DNA of 64,000 nt from a virus. The notes beneath the pieces are model-generated. The model ran no database searches. It saw nothing but the letters and a program-made list of their open reading frames with translations, and had not been told where the DNA came from. Of this stretch, positions 26,972 through 38,028 are shown one piece after another (the first letter of the stretch is position 1; each line of letters starts with the position of its first letter). Location: positions 33,457-97,456 of IMG/VR virus record IMGVR_UViG_3300021365_000005, one strand, 5' to 3'. The position numbers and the translations under genes were made by a program.

Positions 26972-29743
26972 TTATATCCTTCCGCTTATTCGTTTTTTAT
27001 TTGCTGTAAAACTAGTTCTAACACTCTTTCTACCTAGTTTAGTTGCATGGAGATGGTCAGTATGTAAGCTAGCTTTTGACAAAATTACATCTATAGGTAG
27101 AGCTTTAAAGCCTGTGGTTGTTATATCATGGTCATCTACATAATAACCATAAGCTAATTCATATCCCACACTTTGTGATGCCACTGTAAGGGTTTTTGTT
27201 TCCCATGCGCCTTGCGCCGTGCTGGTGTGGGGGATATACTCTACAAAACTATTTGTATATAAAGATCCAGAGAGATATGTTTCTGTACTTGTTTTTATGC
27301 CTGCTCTATCGCCTGCACTATTTATAATATCCCAATCGGAGAGTAATGTTCTAACATTACCACTATCTGTAACCACCCCTTCATTATGTCTTCCACCAAA
27401 CGCGGAATTTTGAATTGATCTTGCTATAAGAACGGGCATTGAACTGTCTGCTACAGTATTAGCTACCCCATCATAATCAGCGTCATTTATCTTTAAACGC
27501 GATCTTAAGTTAACAACAGTGTATGCAGGTACAAAAATACTAGCCATTATTTGGGGAGTTGATTGAGGGGCTACTATAAATTCATGGACAGAAGTACCAC
27601 CTTTTATTAATAAAGTCATTGATCCCCCATACTCTACATACTCATCTTGTCTAAATCCATGTTCTATCCAAAACTGTTTACCTTGCTTAGCACCTGTACT
27701 TACATAAGGTTTATTATGACCGGTAGCATAGTGTCTTATTTGATCTATATCATAATTAGGTGTGTGACCCATGCCCCATATGTGAGAACTTGCATCCCAA
27801 TAATTAGGCATAAATTGAGAATCTAGAAAGATCTCATCAATAGAATCTGTTGCGTATATATATCTATACCTGTCACAATAAATTCTACGAAAAGTAGTCC
27901 TATTGGAGGAACCGGGGTGAATACAATAAGAATTTGCATACCGTATGTCAAAATGTTGAACGGTAGTCATATCATTTTGTCTTCCCAAATTGCTTTTAAT
28001 CCAGTTATAATCCTCTGCCATTCTTAAATACATGTAAGAAATTTCATTGGGTCTTTCATATGCTGCTTCTGTAGACAATGAGCTATAATTATTAGCTGCT
28101 GATATGTGTCCATGGCTCTTTATAAAATGTTGACTACTCCAATGCCATACACCTCTACCAGTTCCTATAGTAACTAGGTTTCTAGCAACCATACCATAAG
28201 GATGTCTCATACATATACTAGGGTACGAATCACCATCTCTAGTTGTATTTGAGCATAAATTATAAGCAGTGTAACTACATCCGTCTATATAATTTTCACC
28301 TGTTTGAGTACAGCCACTGGTAGAGTGGATTGTTGTATTATCGGCAGCTGCTCCTGTGATTTTAGTATCATAATATCCGTTATAACCAGCTATATTAACT
28401 CCCTGCCTAAAATTGGTGCTATCACCGGTATTATACCCTAGCCCATCAAATTCAACATATTTTATTTTGACTCTTCTTGTTGGGGCATTATACCAAGTAT
28501 TAGAAGTCCAATATTTAACATTAAAAAACACTCTAGCAGTGTCTTCATCTGCATAAGCAATATCGTCACCATTAGCAGCACAAGCTTTAATAACTACACC
28601 TCTTGACATTTTAGTTATTAGCCCTCCAATTTTACCATCATATAGAATATCTCTGTCTACAGTTATTGTGGTGCCACTTATACTAGATATAGTATAAACT
28701 AATCGATGCCTCCATACGTTTGTTTCGCCTCCACTAGCATAGGTATAACTATCATCTCCGCAAGCTTCTATATATATTTTATCCCCCGATGAAAAGTCTG
28801 CAGCATTATTAACAACTACTGTTCTTAAATCAGCAGCTCCGGAGTATGTTGCTGCCATGGCGCTAGAAGTCCTTCTTACATGTGAGTCATTTAAGTGATA
28901 TTTTTCGGTGCCCGTTTGGTATACGTATTCGCCAATCAAACTGGGGGCGTTATCTATAGTGCTACCAAAAGTGATTACATTTGTTTTGCCATTTATAGCA
29001 GTTATTTTTAAGACATTTCTATTGTCACCTGTTCCAAAAATTAATAAATACCCCACCCTGAAAACATTTGCATCATCTACTGTTATTGTAGAACCGGAAA
29101 CGCTACTTATTATAGGAGCTTTATTTGTTACTCTTGGATAAACAAACTGTCTAAAATATATTCTATGATTTTCAGTATCTACATCATGTACCCAAAAACA
29201 TTCATCATTCGCTAATCTAAAATCTTCTTCTCTTTTATATATAGAGATAAGATCATTAGCTGTAAAATTGGTTGAATCGTCAACTGTTAAATATGGGGAT
29301 TGTTGAATATGGTTACCATTTAATTCTGTTTTTAAGGTTGGTTCTCCTCCATCTATATCAACACCACACCATTTTCTAGCATCAACTTGTATACCATGTT
29401 GTGCAGAGTTATTTCCTGATATTTTGATTTGAGAACCACTATGCATACTAAGTAAAGCACCACTAGTGGTAGAGCCCTCTACAAATTCACCTGCTGTGTT
29501 GTTAGAATTACTAGTATTTTTAACTGTCATTCTACCGTTAAGGTGCATTATACTACCACTGATAAAATTTAAATTACCATCAATAGTAACATTGTCTGTT
29601 ATAGCAGCAGTAATATCAGTACTAACAGTTACTCTGTGTCCATGAGCAATAACAACTGAATCGTTATTAGCTGGTACAGCACCACCTACCCAAGTTCCAG
29701 TAGCATGCCAATCCCCTGTTTGTGTACTAGTTATCGTTGCCAT
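26972..29743 (-). CDS. Large virion protein with G8-like N-terminus (possible tailspike)
   Basis: TGDW....TW.GG.VP...D.V.I..GH.V start; repeated TITVD/F..GD.I elements. Confidence 0.6.
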   Translation of the reverse strand: MATITSTQTGDWHATGTWVGGAVPANNDSVVIAHGHRVTVSTDITAAITDNVTIDGNLNFISGSIMHLNGRMTVKNTSNSNNTAGEFVEGSTTSGALLSMHSGSQIKISGNNSAQHGIQVDARKWCGVDIDGGEPTLKTELNGNHIQQSPYLTVDDSTNFTANDLISIYKREEDFRLANDECFWVHDVDTENHRIYFRQFVYPRVTNKAPIISSVSGSTITVDDANVFRVGYLLIFGTGDNRNVLKITAINGKTNVITFGSTIDNAPSLIGEYVYQTGTEKYHLNDSHVRRTSSAMAATYSGAADLRTVVVNNAADFSSGDKIYIEACGDDSYTYASGGETNVWRHRLVYTISSISGTTITVDRDILYDGKIGGLITKMSRGVVIKACAANGDDIAYADEDTARVFFNVKYWTSNTWYNAPTRRVKIKYVEFDGLGYNTGDSTNFRQGVNIAGYNGYYDTKITGAAADNTTIHSTSGCTQTGENYIDGCSYTAYNLCSNTTRDGDSYPSICMRHPYGMVARNLVTIGTGRGVWHWSSQHFIKSHGHISAANNYSSLSTEAAYERPNEISYMYLRMAEDYNWIKSNLGRQNDMTTVQHFDIRYANSYCIHPGSSNRTTFRRIYCDRYRYIYATDSIDEIFLDSQFMPNYWDASSHIWGMGHTPNYDIDQIRHYATGHNKPYVSTGAKQGKQFWIEHGFRQDEYVEYGGSMTLLIKGGTSVHEFIVAPQSTPQIMASIFVPAYTVVNLRSRLKINDADYDGVANTVADSSMPVLIARSIQNSAFGGRHNEGVVTDSGNVRTLLSDWDIINSAGDRAGIKTSTETYLSGSLYTNSFVEYIPHTSTAQGAWETKTLTVASQSVGYELAYGYYVDDHDITTTGFKALPIDVILSKASLHTDHLHATKLGRKSVRTSFTANKKRISGRI

Positions 29744-29915
29744 CTATATCCTCGGTATTAAATTGTTCTTGGTATGCAGATACGTTCAATGCAATTTCAA
29801 TTGACACTTCGGTATTAGTATCTGTAATTTTACTAGCCACAGCCTCCATTAAAGACTCATCGTCCACTATAACTATAGTACCATCTATTTTATTGTAAGT
29901 AATATTAATTATCAT
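29727..29915 (-). CDS. Hypothetical protein
   Basis: 62-aa ORF overlapping both neighbours. Confidence 0.5.
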   Translation of the reverse strand: MIINITYNKIDGTIVIVDDESLMEAVASKITDTNTEVSIEIALNVSAYQEQFNTEDIDGNDN

Positions 29916-31872
29916 GTTCTATCTGCTCTATATCTTTTCTGTTAGCGTGAATTACGAAATAGCAATTTGGGGTTTTTAATGTACCGGCGCTAATGTAAAC
30001 TTTATTATTTTTGATTTCTTTTACATATAAATTTTGATGTTTACCTATCGAGGTTAATTGAACTGATAGGGTATTCTCATCAACTAACCATTCCCACTCT
30101 TTGGGTAGATCTATGATATTGCCATTACATTTACCTCTATGGAATACATCGTGCTGTCTACCCTCTAAGCTTCCATATTCTAAGGATCCGCCGGTTGGAG
30201 TGTCTATAACAAATGATTTTGTTGTTGCTCTTAAAGCTCCTACGATGGTTGTGTTACCAACTACATGTAGGGGAACGGTTGGACTCGTAGTTCCTATCCC
30301 AACGTTGCCTCCTGATGGGTTTATCCATGAATTACCATCTGTGATTACTCTAAACGCCTCTGTCCCATCAGGTGCGTATAATGACATTTGAGACCTTTCG
30401 TTTGCTCCTGAGTCTATGCCTGTGATTTTAAATCTTGTAGTTTGCCCATGATTTGCACCTGAACCTATAAAGTTAAAAGATTGAGCATGTCTACTTATTA
30501 CAAAATTCATATTATCACCTACTACATCCTCAGCAGATATGTAGAACCCCTTTGAGCCATTATCTGAAAGTGACGAAAGATACAGTTTTGATTCCGCACC
30601 ATCTACTGTTGGCTTTATCCAAATGCTCCCCCCGTCTACTACTAATTTCTCACTCGGAGAAGTTGTTCCAATACCAACATTATCAAAAAGCCCATCTCCA
30701 CTTGCACTTATATTACCTGAGGCTGTTACTGGATGGTTAAATGTTATTGAGCTGTCTTGGAATTTAGCTGCTATTGTAGATGTGTTAGCATATATCTCTG
30801 TTCTTCCTGCTCCACCTGTTCCTGATTGTCTTCCTATTTCAACTACATCAGTACCAGCACTACCCAATATTAGTTTTTCTTCAGGGTTAATAGTTAAGCT
30901 ATCACTATTACCAACTGTACTTATTGTTCTATCACCGCTAAAATCTAAATTACCGCCAAATATATTAGTACCTGTTCCACTTGCGCTTATATTACCTGAG
31001 GCTGTTATTCCGCCGTTTACAGTAAGGTTTCCTACTACAGCGGTTGGTCCTTGTTTTACTGCTTGAGATGCAGTTGTTGCGATTTGAAAAGATACTGTAG
31101 GAGTTTTTGTGTTCACGCCCACTTCTCCTGATGCAGATACATAGAAAGCTATTTTGTCTTCCGCAATGCCGTTTGAACCTGAAGGTATTCGGAGTTGTAG
31201 ACTTTTACCATCGTCGGGATCAATCTCCCATCTGGCGGCTAGATTTGCAGGGTCATAAGAACCTCCGAAGTTCCCCGAGTAGAACTCTAGAGCAGATCCA
31301 GTTCCCATTTGAATATTTCCGGAAGAAGATAACACTGTATTACCTGTACTAAGAAATGATGACGATATAGCCCATCCGGCTATGCTTGCTGTGCCATTTG
31401 TAAAGTCGACGTTATAATTGCCTGCACCGTCTCCGTCAAACCCAGCATCACCAGAACCAGATATATAAGCTTTAGCTCCTGCACTACTAGTTGCGGAAGC
31501 TGGTACGAATAGTTCATCTGCAGAAAGTGATGCATTTATAGTTGTACCTGCACCGATAACTAATTTGCTATTGGCAGGATCTAAATGGAATAGGGAGGAG
31601 GATATTTCTATGTTTCCAGAAGATCCCGAAATATATTGTGTCGTTGGGGTTCCAATAAAAAATTTACGAGCTTTTATATCTAGCTCGGCGTTAGCTTGAT
31701 TAGCATCAAATCTTAAGTATGATTCCGAGCCCCCTACTAATTCTACGCCTACCCCAGAATATGTTTGTCCGCCAGCAACTGACGAACCCGACCACATCAT
31801 CCAGCCTTTGGTTCCTGTTTCTGCTGAGCCGGAATTAAATCCTTTATATCCTTTACTTCTAATATCTGGCAT
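29905..31872 (-). CDS. Tail fibre protein
   Basis: NVGIGTTSP repeats; C-terminal KSF.I..P...L.YGSLEG...V..RG...I.LP..W..LV domain seen in T4-like fibres. Confidence 0.85.
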   Translation of the reverse strand: MPDIRSKGYKGFNSGSAETGTKGWMMWSGSSVAGGQTYSGVGVELVGGSESYLRFDANQANAELDIKARKFFIGTPTTQYISGSSGNIEISSSLFHLDPANSKLVIGAGTTINASLSADELFVPASATSSAGAKAYISGSGDAGFDGDGAGNYNVDFTNGTASIAGWAISSSFLSTGNTVLSSSGNIQMGTGSALEFYSGNFGGSYDPANLAARWEIDPDDGKSLQLRIPSGSNGIAEDKIAFYVSASGEVGVNTKTPTVSFQIATTASQAVKQGPTAVVGNLTVNGGITASGNISASGTGTNIFGGNLDFSGDRTISTVGNSDSLTINPEEKLILGSAGTDVVEIGRQSGTGGAGRTEIYANTSTIAAKFQDSSITFNHPVTASGNISASGDGLFDNVGIGTTSPSEKLVVDGGSIWIKPTVDGAESKLYLSSLSDNGSKGFYISAEDVVGDNMNFVISRHAQSFNFIGSGANHGQTTRFKITGIDSGANERSQMSLYAPDGTEAFRVITDGNSWINPSGGNVGIGTTSPTVPLHVVGNTTIVGALRATTKSFVIDTPTGGSLEYGSLEGRQHDVFHRGKCNGNIIDLPKEWEWLVDENTLSVQLTSIGKHQNLYVKEIKNNKVYISAGTLKTPNCYFVIHANRKDIEQIEHDN

Positions 31873-31876
31873 AAAC

Positions 31877-33877
31877 TTATCCTATTTCTATAGTCCCATC
31901 AAGAACGTTATTAGATCCATTTATATATAAATTTCCACCTGTCCATTCTACGCCGTTGGTTTGTTTTGTAAAAACTTTATTGCCAAGATTATCATATAGT
32001 TCAAATTTAAAATCAAGAAAATCTACTTGTTGGAAATTATTTGCTACATAAAAATTTATTATGGTATAGTTGGGAGTCCATCCCGTTTGGGCTGATGCCT
32101 TTATGGAAATGTCGGAAAGATACCATCGGCCAAATGGTATTTGAAAAATCAAAGCTATTGTTCCAGCTCTTTGGACATCGATGTCAAATGACAATAAGTC
32201 TTCGTCATATATCAGTTGCAAGTTATCACCTGTTAAAGCATCTAAGACATCAAGGGCATTTCCTCCTGCTTCAGTACCATATGTTATAGTGGTAAGCTTT
32301 AACTTGTCATCACCATCTGTATCAGGATCTATTGCAGAACCCGATGCATATATCCTTATCGATGGAATTCCTGTTACACCGGATTCCCCATCGGGGACTA
32401 TTTCAGAAGCCGCTTTAAGTGTTACAGTGTAGCTTCCAGCACTAGGTATATCGATACCTGCGGTTGGAGACCCATCATTGTTCCAATCAGCGGACGGCTT
32501 CATTCTATATTCTACATAAGCATCATCGCGACCATTAGGATTGTTAGTGTCAAAGTTTTGTAAAAGTTCAGATCCAGATATTACTACTCCATTTACAAAA
32601 ATAGTTCCATTTGATGCGGTGATTGGAGGTTCGGTTGCAGTTAAAGCATTAACCCCCTGAAGGGAACCAGTCCAATAGGTATTAACTATGGTTTGCGTGT
32701 TAAATTCACCTAGATTTTGGGATATTGCATTTGAGTCGTTATTTTCTAATAGTTCGACAACTTCTAAATTTGCATCTTCAACAAATTGCCATTGCTGAAA
32801 TCCTTGGGATCTTTTATAGACCTTAACCGAAGCGATGTCCCCACATATTGGATCTAAATTTGAAATAAACACTTTTGCCCAGGATTCACTATTTGGGACC
32901 TGGGCCTCGAATTGGTATACCCCTTGATGGGTATGCTCAGCAAATATGCCTGTGACCGCAGGAGGATACCAAGTAAAAATATCACCTGTTGCAATAAGGG
33001 TTTGTTGTGACTGGTCATAATATTCTATCTGAACCATCTGTTTTAAAGCCCCAGCTATAGTAGCAACGTTAAAGTTTCCGAAATTATTTACTTCGGTTAT
33101 TTCCGGGAATGGAGGATTGCCGAAAGGGGATCCAACATTAACATGAATGGCATTTGCTCCATTGGTTCCCATTTCTGGCTCGAAGTAGTTTGGAGGTAGC
33201 TCTGATGTACCCCCGTATAAAAGGATATTAGTGCCAACGTCTGTAGTGGTAAAGTATGAAGAAGTTGTTCCAATAAGTCCTGATTGTCCAAATCCTGCTC
33301 CATTACCCTGGCTAAGAAGTTGGTATGAAACATTTGCTAGGCTAGATACAACTTCTGTTGTTCCAAAGCTTCCCGAAGGGGTTAGATAGGTTCTTTCTAC
33401 CTCTTGAATTGTTATTGCCGGGGACTTTGTCATAATTACCCGGGTTTGGTTTTCCCTAAATGGTAGTACATTAAGTCTTTTCTGCCACTTAACGTTAAGA
33501 GTTTTTTGTAGCTCTTGGGACACAGACTTTCCATTTGGTCTTTTTTGAGCTGTGCCTGCTATAGTTATGACTCCACCACCTTGAGGAGTATGCTCATACA
33601 CATATATAGCAACCGCACGACGTTTTGTACCCGGTTCTATGTACATAGCATTTTCATGATAAATAGGTCTGCCGTTTAGATCTGTAACTTCTACTTCTAT
33701 TTTAGATCCGGGAGCCAGTAGATCTTTATTACCTTTAATCATAAACAGGTTTTTACCACCTGTTAGAATATCGGGGACTTCACTTACATCAAAATATGTC
33801 GAATCAGGATCTGTGTCCGCTATTAAATATTGGCCTTGAGACAAATATTTAGGTTGGTTCAGTTTAATGAACGGCAT
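31877..33877 (-). CDS. Baseplate/fibre attachment structural protein
   Basis: YF.VSE.P..LTGGKN.F.I.G start, DFKFELYD near the C-terminus; context. Confidence 0.6.
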   Translation of the reverse strand: MPFIKLNQPKYLSQGQYLIADTDPDSTYFDVSEVPDILTGGKNLFMIKGNKDLLAPGSKIEVEVTDLNGRPIYHENAMYIEPGTKRRAVAIYVYEHTPQGGGVITIAGTAQKRPNGKSVSQELQKTLNVKWQKRLNVLPFRENQTRVIMTKSPAITIQEVERTYLTPSGSFGTTEVVSSLANVSYQLLSQGNGAGFGQSGLIGTTSSYFTTTDVGTNILLYGGTSELPPNYFEPEMGTNGANAIHVNVGSPFGNPPFPEITEVNNFGNFNVATIAGALKQMVQIEYYDQSQQTLIATGDIFTWYPPAVTGIFAEHTHQGVYQFEAQVPNSESWAKVFISNLDPICGDIASVKVYKRSQGFQQWQFVEDANLEVVELLENNDSNAISQNLGEFNTQTIVNTYWTGSLQGVNALTATEPPITASNGTIFVNGVVISGSELLQNFDTNNPNGRDDAYVEYRMKPSADWNNDGSPTAGIDIPSAGSYTVTLKAASEIVPDGESGVTGIPSIRIYASGSAIDPDTDGDDKLKLTTITYGTEAGGNALDVLDALTGDNLQLIYDEDLLSFDIDVQRAGTIALIFQIPFGRWYLSDISIKASAQTGWTPNYTIINFYVANNFQQVDFLDFKFELYDNLGNKVFTKQTNGVEWTGGNLYINGSNNVLDGTIEIG

Positions 33878-33922
33878 TTATAATACTCCCGATATATACT
33901 TCCACCTATGAGGGGAATCTAA

Positions 33923-33930
33923 TATAAATA
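33923..33930 (-). promoter_or_regulatory. Putative late promoter TATTTATA
   Basis: Starts the fibre operon just downstream of the recombination gene. Confidence 0.65.
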
Positions 33931-33934
33931 TCAT

Positions 33935-36900
33935 TTAAAATGTGATTTTGCTAAAGTCATTAGTTACATTGATTTCAAATAGATTATCAGCCACATCTCG
34001 TAATGCATCTAAATGTGATATAACTAAAATGAACGAAAACTCAGATTTTAAATAGTCAAACAACATAAACATGCTATTAAGGTTCTCAGAGTCTAGAGTT
34101 CCAAATCCTTCGTCGATTGCTAGGAAGTTTGGTCTTGGTAGGTTTGAAACATTAATTAAGGCAACTCTAATCGCTAAGGACGATATAAACTTTTCCATTC
34201 CAGAAGTTAATTCTAGTGGCCATGAGCTTTTATCATATTTAATAAATGTTAAAATGTTTTTGCCATCTGTTTCAAACACAATTGTAAACTCTACAAGTTG
34301 TGCTAGGATCTCATTTACTTCGTCTTGAATTAAAGGAAGCACTTCTGAAATAAGCTCATAAGGTACACCATCTCTTTTTATTGCTTCAAGATAGTATTCG
34401 TATGCTTTTAGCTTATTTTCAACATCATTAGCATTATCAATAGATTCTTCTATTTGGGCTATTTTTGTTCTTGCAAGCTCACGTTGTGTGTGCTTTTGTT
34501 TTATTATTGATTGAAGATCCTCTAGATATGCTGTGGCTATTTCAAGATCACCTTCTATAGTAGAAATTTCATTAGCAATTATTTCATTATGCTTAAGATC
34601 TCTTTTGTTTGCATGATACTCAGAGATTTTATTAGCATTGATTGCCATAGTTGACTTTAGATTGTTAATTTTAGACTCTATATTGGTTCGGTCCACCTTA
34701 ATACCTAATTGACTAGTTTTTATATCCCCTAAACGAACTTTTAAGGTATCATAGCGAGATTTATTTTCAATATGTGGTAATAAGTCTTCTATCGTAGTTT
34801 GCAATTTTGCAATCTTTTTCGAATACTCATCAGCATTTATTTTATCAGAGGCCAAATCAACTTTTGCTTGCTGTGCTTGTTTAACAAATGGATTATTAAC
34901 ACAATATGGACAATCAGGATCGTAAGAATGGTTTTCAAGTTCGCATACCAAGTTCTTTTTTTGTTTGGCAGAAGCTAATAGGATTTTTAACTTGACGTCG
35001 GTGGTGTCTTTGTCGGATATAGCATCATAATACTCGGCGGCTTTAGAATTTACTAAATCAAGATCTATATGAGCAATTTCATTTGCAATTTCTAAATAGG
35101 TTTGTTTGTTGGCTTCTGTTTTAGGATCGAGATCGGACAGAAGGGTATGGCTATTTTCTATGGCCTTGACTAAGCTCCCAGACTCTTCTATAAGTTGGTC
35201 AATGTCTACAGGGGAAATTGTTTGACGAAGTTTTTTTGACTTGTTTAGAATTTTACCAGATAACTCTTCTATTGTTTTTTTGAATTTTTTTTCTGTAACA
35301 GAAGCCGTTGCATACTCTGTTGAAGCTTCCTGTAGATCTATTCCTGCATCGACTAACTGCTGATCATAATCCATTTTCTTAAATTCCCTTAGGGAAACTT
35401 GGACATCTCGAATTTCTTCTGTTGCAAGACTATAAATTTCTTCGAAAACTGTTATGTCCATAAACTGGGCTAACAGGTCTTTGCGTTCGGTCTGGGACTT
35501 GTTTATAAACCCTGTATTATTGTTTTGTACAGAAAGGGCTGTTAGCTCAAAGTCTTCATACTTGCCAACGTAACCTCTAATATTTTTATTGGTGTCTCTT
35601 CTTTGTTCACCATTTAACGATACCTCAGATCCATCTTCACCTATCATCCAAAAGTTAACGTCGACCTTGACGTTTGATTTTCCAGACTTTACTCTTTTTG
35701 CTTTTCGTTCGACAAAAAAGTCTACCCCATCTACTTCAAAGTTAAATTTACAGTAAAAGTTTAAAGACTTGTTGTTCATAACGTCTTCAGCCTTTTTAGT
35801 TCTGCTGCACTTATCGAACAAACAAAATGCTATTGAATCTAAAATTGCAGACTTGCCTGAGTGGTTTGCAGCAAATAAACCCATCAACCCAGACGCTTTG
35901 TCAAGGTCAATACTATTGTCAGGACCATAACTAAACATGTTTGAAAATTCAAACTTTTTAGCTTTCCAAAAAATATTTCTTGAGATTTCTACTGGAGCAA
36001 GATCCTTGTTTAGAGCACGATTAATATTTTTAACCCTATCGATTATAACAGGATCAGCAGAAAAATTTCTTTCTATATACTCTCCAATTAACTCATTTTG
36101 GTATTCAACATCCCTGACATTATTGACTAGGGCTTTTGAAGTTTTATTAGTGGCTGTACCGGCTACTTTATCTAGCTTAACAACCATTGCATCGGCAAAT
36201 GTTGCTTTTTTCCTAACAGAGCTTAGTAAAGTTTTTAGTTCTGCTTCGGTGGTGTTAGTGGTTCTAATTCTTAGTCTAGGAAACTTAGGAATTGTTTTAA
36301 TGTTAGGTAACACCCCATCAGTAATATCAATGGTATAGAAGCCATGATCGTTATGGATATGAGTAAAGCTGCTAGACAAGTCAGCAGTGTTCCAAGTAGT
36401 ATAGCCATGGTTCTCATAGGCTTCTCCGAAGTTTTGTTGGACTAACGATCCTGGATAATGTACCCTTTTGTCAATGTCCAAATATTGATGTTTGTGAATG
36501 TCTCCGAGTAGAACTAGATCATAGCCAGCAAACATACCAATGCCATGATTTAAATTTGTAACCTTAAACCCCCCGTCAGTCATAGACGAATCTACTGCAC
36601 CATGAAAAAATGCAACTTTAAGTTTATCATCAGGTATGTCTTTTGCTTGAATATAGTTTTCATGATTGTCAGCAATATCAAATACACTAAGATATAAGTC
36701 TGCTGCTTCATACACTTCAGTTTTATCTAGGTAGTGTAGATTTGGATGTTTTAGGCTATCATATATAGGTCTTAAAGCATCCATTCGACTTTTGTTGTTT
36801 AAGTTCATATCGTGGTTGCCACGAATAAAAACTGTGGGTCGCCGATCTGCAAGCTCTCTTAAAAATTCAGAAGTTAAGTCTATAAGTTCTGGGGACATGT

Positions 36901-37087
36901 CAATTTTATTATGCACAATGTCTCCGGCTATATATACAATAGATTTTTCTGGTAGTGCGTCTACAGCTTTATAAACCTCGGTAAATATTTTTCTATATTC
37001 ATCGTGGCGATTATAATTCCTAATATGTATGTCTGCAATATGAAATATTTGCTCTACAGAGCTTATACCAATATTAAGCTTTTGCAT
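33935..37087 (-). CDS. Fused Mre11/SbcD (gp47) nuclease and Rad50/SbcC (gp46) ATPase
   Basis: DIH, GD, GNHD, GDIH metallophosphoesterase motifs; NHSGKS Walker A, CPYC hook, SGME signature, IDEGFG, ISH. Confidence 0.93.
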   Translation of the reverse strand: MQKLNIGISSVEQIFHIADIHIRNYNRHDEYRKIFTEVYKAVDALPEKSIVYIAGDIVHNKIDMSPELIDLTSEFLRELADRRPTVFIRGNHDMNLNNKSRMDALRPIYDSLKHPNLHYLDKTEVYEAADLYLSVFDIADNHENYIQAKDIPDDKLKVAFFHGAVDSSMTDGGFKVTNLNHGIGMFAGYDLVLLGDIHKHQYLDIDKRVHYPGSLVQQNFGEAYENHGYTTWNTADLSSSFTHIHNDHGFYTIDITDGVLPNIKTIPKFPRLRIRTTNTTEAELKTLLSSVRKKATFADAMVVKLDKVAGTATNKTSKALVNNVRDVEYQNELIGEYIERNFSADPVIIDRVKNINRALNKDLAPVEISRNIFWKAKKFEFSNMFSYGPDNSIDLDKASGLMGLFAANHSGKSAILDSIAFCLFDKCSRTKKAEDVMNNKSLNFYCKFNFEVDGVDFFVERKAKRVKSGKSNVKVDVNFWMIGEDGSEVSLNGEQRRDTNKNIRGYVGKYEDFELTALSVQNNNTGFINKSQTERKDLLAQFMDITVFEEIYSLATEEIRDVQVSLREFKKMDYDQQLVDAGIDLQEASTEYATASVTEKKFKKTIEELSGKILNKSKKLRQTISPVDIDQLIEESGSLVKAIENSHTLLSDLDPKTEANKQTYLEIANEIAHIDLDLVNSKAAEYYDAISDKDTTDVKLKILLASAKQKKNLVCELENHSYDPDCPYCVNNPFVKQAQQAKVDLASDKINADEYSKKIAKLQTTIEDLLPHIENKSRYDTLKVRLGDIKTSQLGIKVDRTNIESKINNLKSTMAINANKISEYHANKRDLKHNEIIANEISTIEGDLEIATAYLEDLQSIIKQKHTQRELARTKIAQIEESIDNANDVENKLKAYEYYLEAIKRDGVPYELISEVLPLIQDEVNEILAQLVEFTIVFETDGKNILTFIKYDKSSWPLELTSGMEKFISSLAIRVALINVSNLPRPNFLAIDEGFGTLDSENLNSMFMLFDYLKSEFSFILVISHLDALRDVADNLFEINVTNDFSKITF

Positions 37088-37991
37088 ATAGCTTATACTC
37101 CATTAATTTTCCAAAAGTCAATTTAGATGACTTGGATATTAATTCTAAAACTTTAGATCGACCTAGATCTGATGGGTCTGAATCCTGCATGTCAACCATG
37201 TGGACTTCAATATTATTATTCATAAGAAATTCTGCATGCTCTAGGGATTTAGCCCTTGCATCTGAGTCTAGTAGTAAGTTAACTCGCTTGACTCTATTTT
37301 GCAATATTTTATATCTTAAAGACTTCTGAATCATTTTACCAAATAGAGGTATAGCATTTTCCCCAACTGTTAAAGCATCAAAAGGACCTTCGACAATATT
37401 AATAGGTTCTGTCCAATTAACCAATAAGTCATATCCAATAATGTCTTTTGAAACTTTGGGATTTTTATGTTTAAAATTGGTATCATAAAATGATCTTGCG
37501 GTGAAGTAATTAAGTTCCCCTGAGCTATCGAAGCTAGGTATGATTATCATTCCGCCGTATTCTCCAGACTCGCAATATCCTATTGAGTATCTAAGAATAT
37601 CATACTTAGATATACCTCTGGACTTAAGATACTTTACAGCATTTCTAAAGTCCGGGCTTTTCATATTGCCTTCTAGAATAGGAATATACTCTAATGGCAG
37701 TGCAATAAATGTTGGTTGCTTATCGACGTGGAATTGGTCTACTTCACCGACTAGTTTAGTTAAGTCTTTTATTTTTTGATATGATGCCTGCAGGGACTTT
37801 AAAATGTTTACAAGCTTTCGACCTTTTTTACCGCATACCCAACACTGCCACTTTTGATTGATTATGTTTACAGACAGCTTTGGTTTTGGGTGGTGGCAGT
37901 ACGGACAGTTAAACCATATGTCACCATGGTTTTTATCGTGACCTTTGCCCAGAACACTTTCAAGAATATGCTTTATCTTTTGTTTAATCAT
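37074..37991 (-). CDS. DNA primase (Zn-finger plus TOPRIM)
   Basis: CPYC..CWVC, YL.SRGI, VEGPFD, LDSD. Confidence 0.92.
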   Translation of the reverse strand: MIKQKIKHILESVLGKGHDKNHGDIWFNCPYCHHPKPKLSVNIINQKWQCWVCGKKGRKLVNILKSLQASYQKIKDLTKLVGEVDQFHVDKQPTFIALPLEYIPILEGNMKSPDFRNAVKYLKSRGISKYDILRYSIGYCESGEYGGMIIIPSFDSSGELNYFTARSFYDTNFKHKNPKVSKDIIGYDLLVNWTEPINIVEGPFDALTVGENAIPLFGKMIQKSLRYKILQNRVKRVNLLLDSDARAKSLEHAEFLMNNNIEVHMVDMQDSDPSDLGRSKVLELISKSSKLTFGKLMEYKLYAKA

Positions 37992-37996
37992 GCCCT

Positions 37997-38028
37997 CTTA
38001 ATATAAGAAATAACTACGAGAAAAAAAA
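37997..38028 (-). promoter_or_regulatory. Putative host-type/middle promoter of the primase-recombination operon
   Basis: T8 run, spacer, TATATTAAG. Confidence 0.45.
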
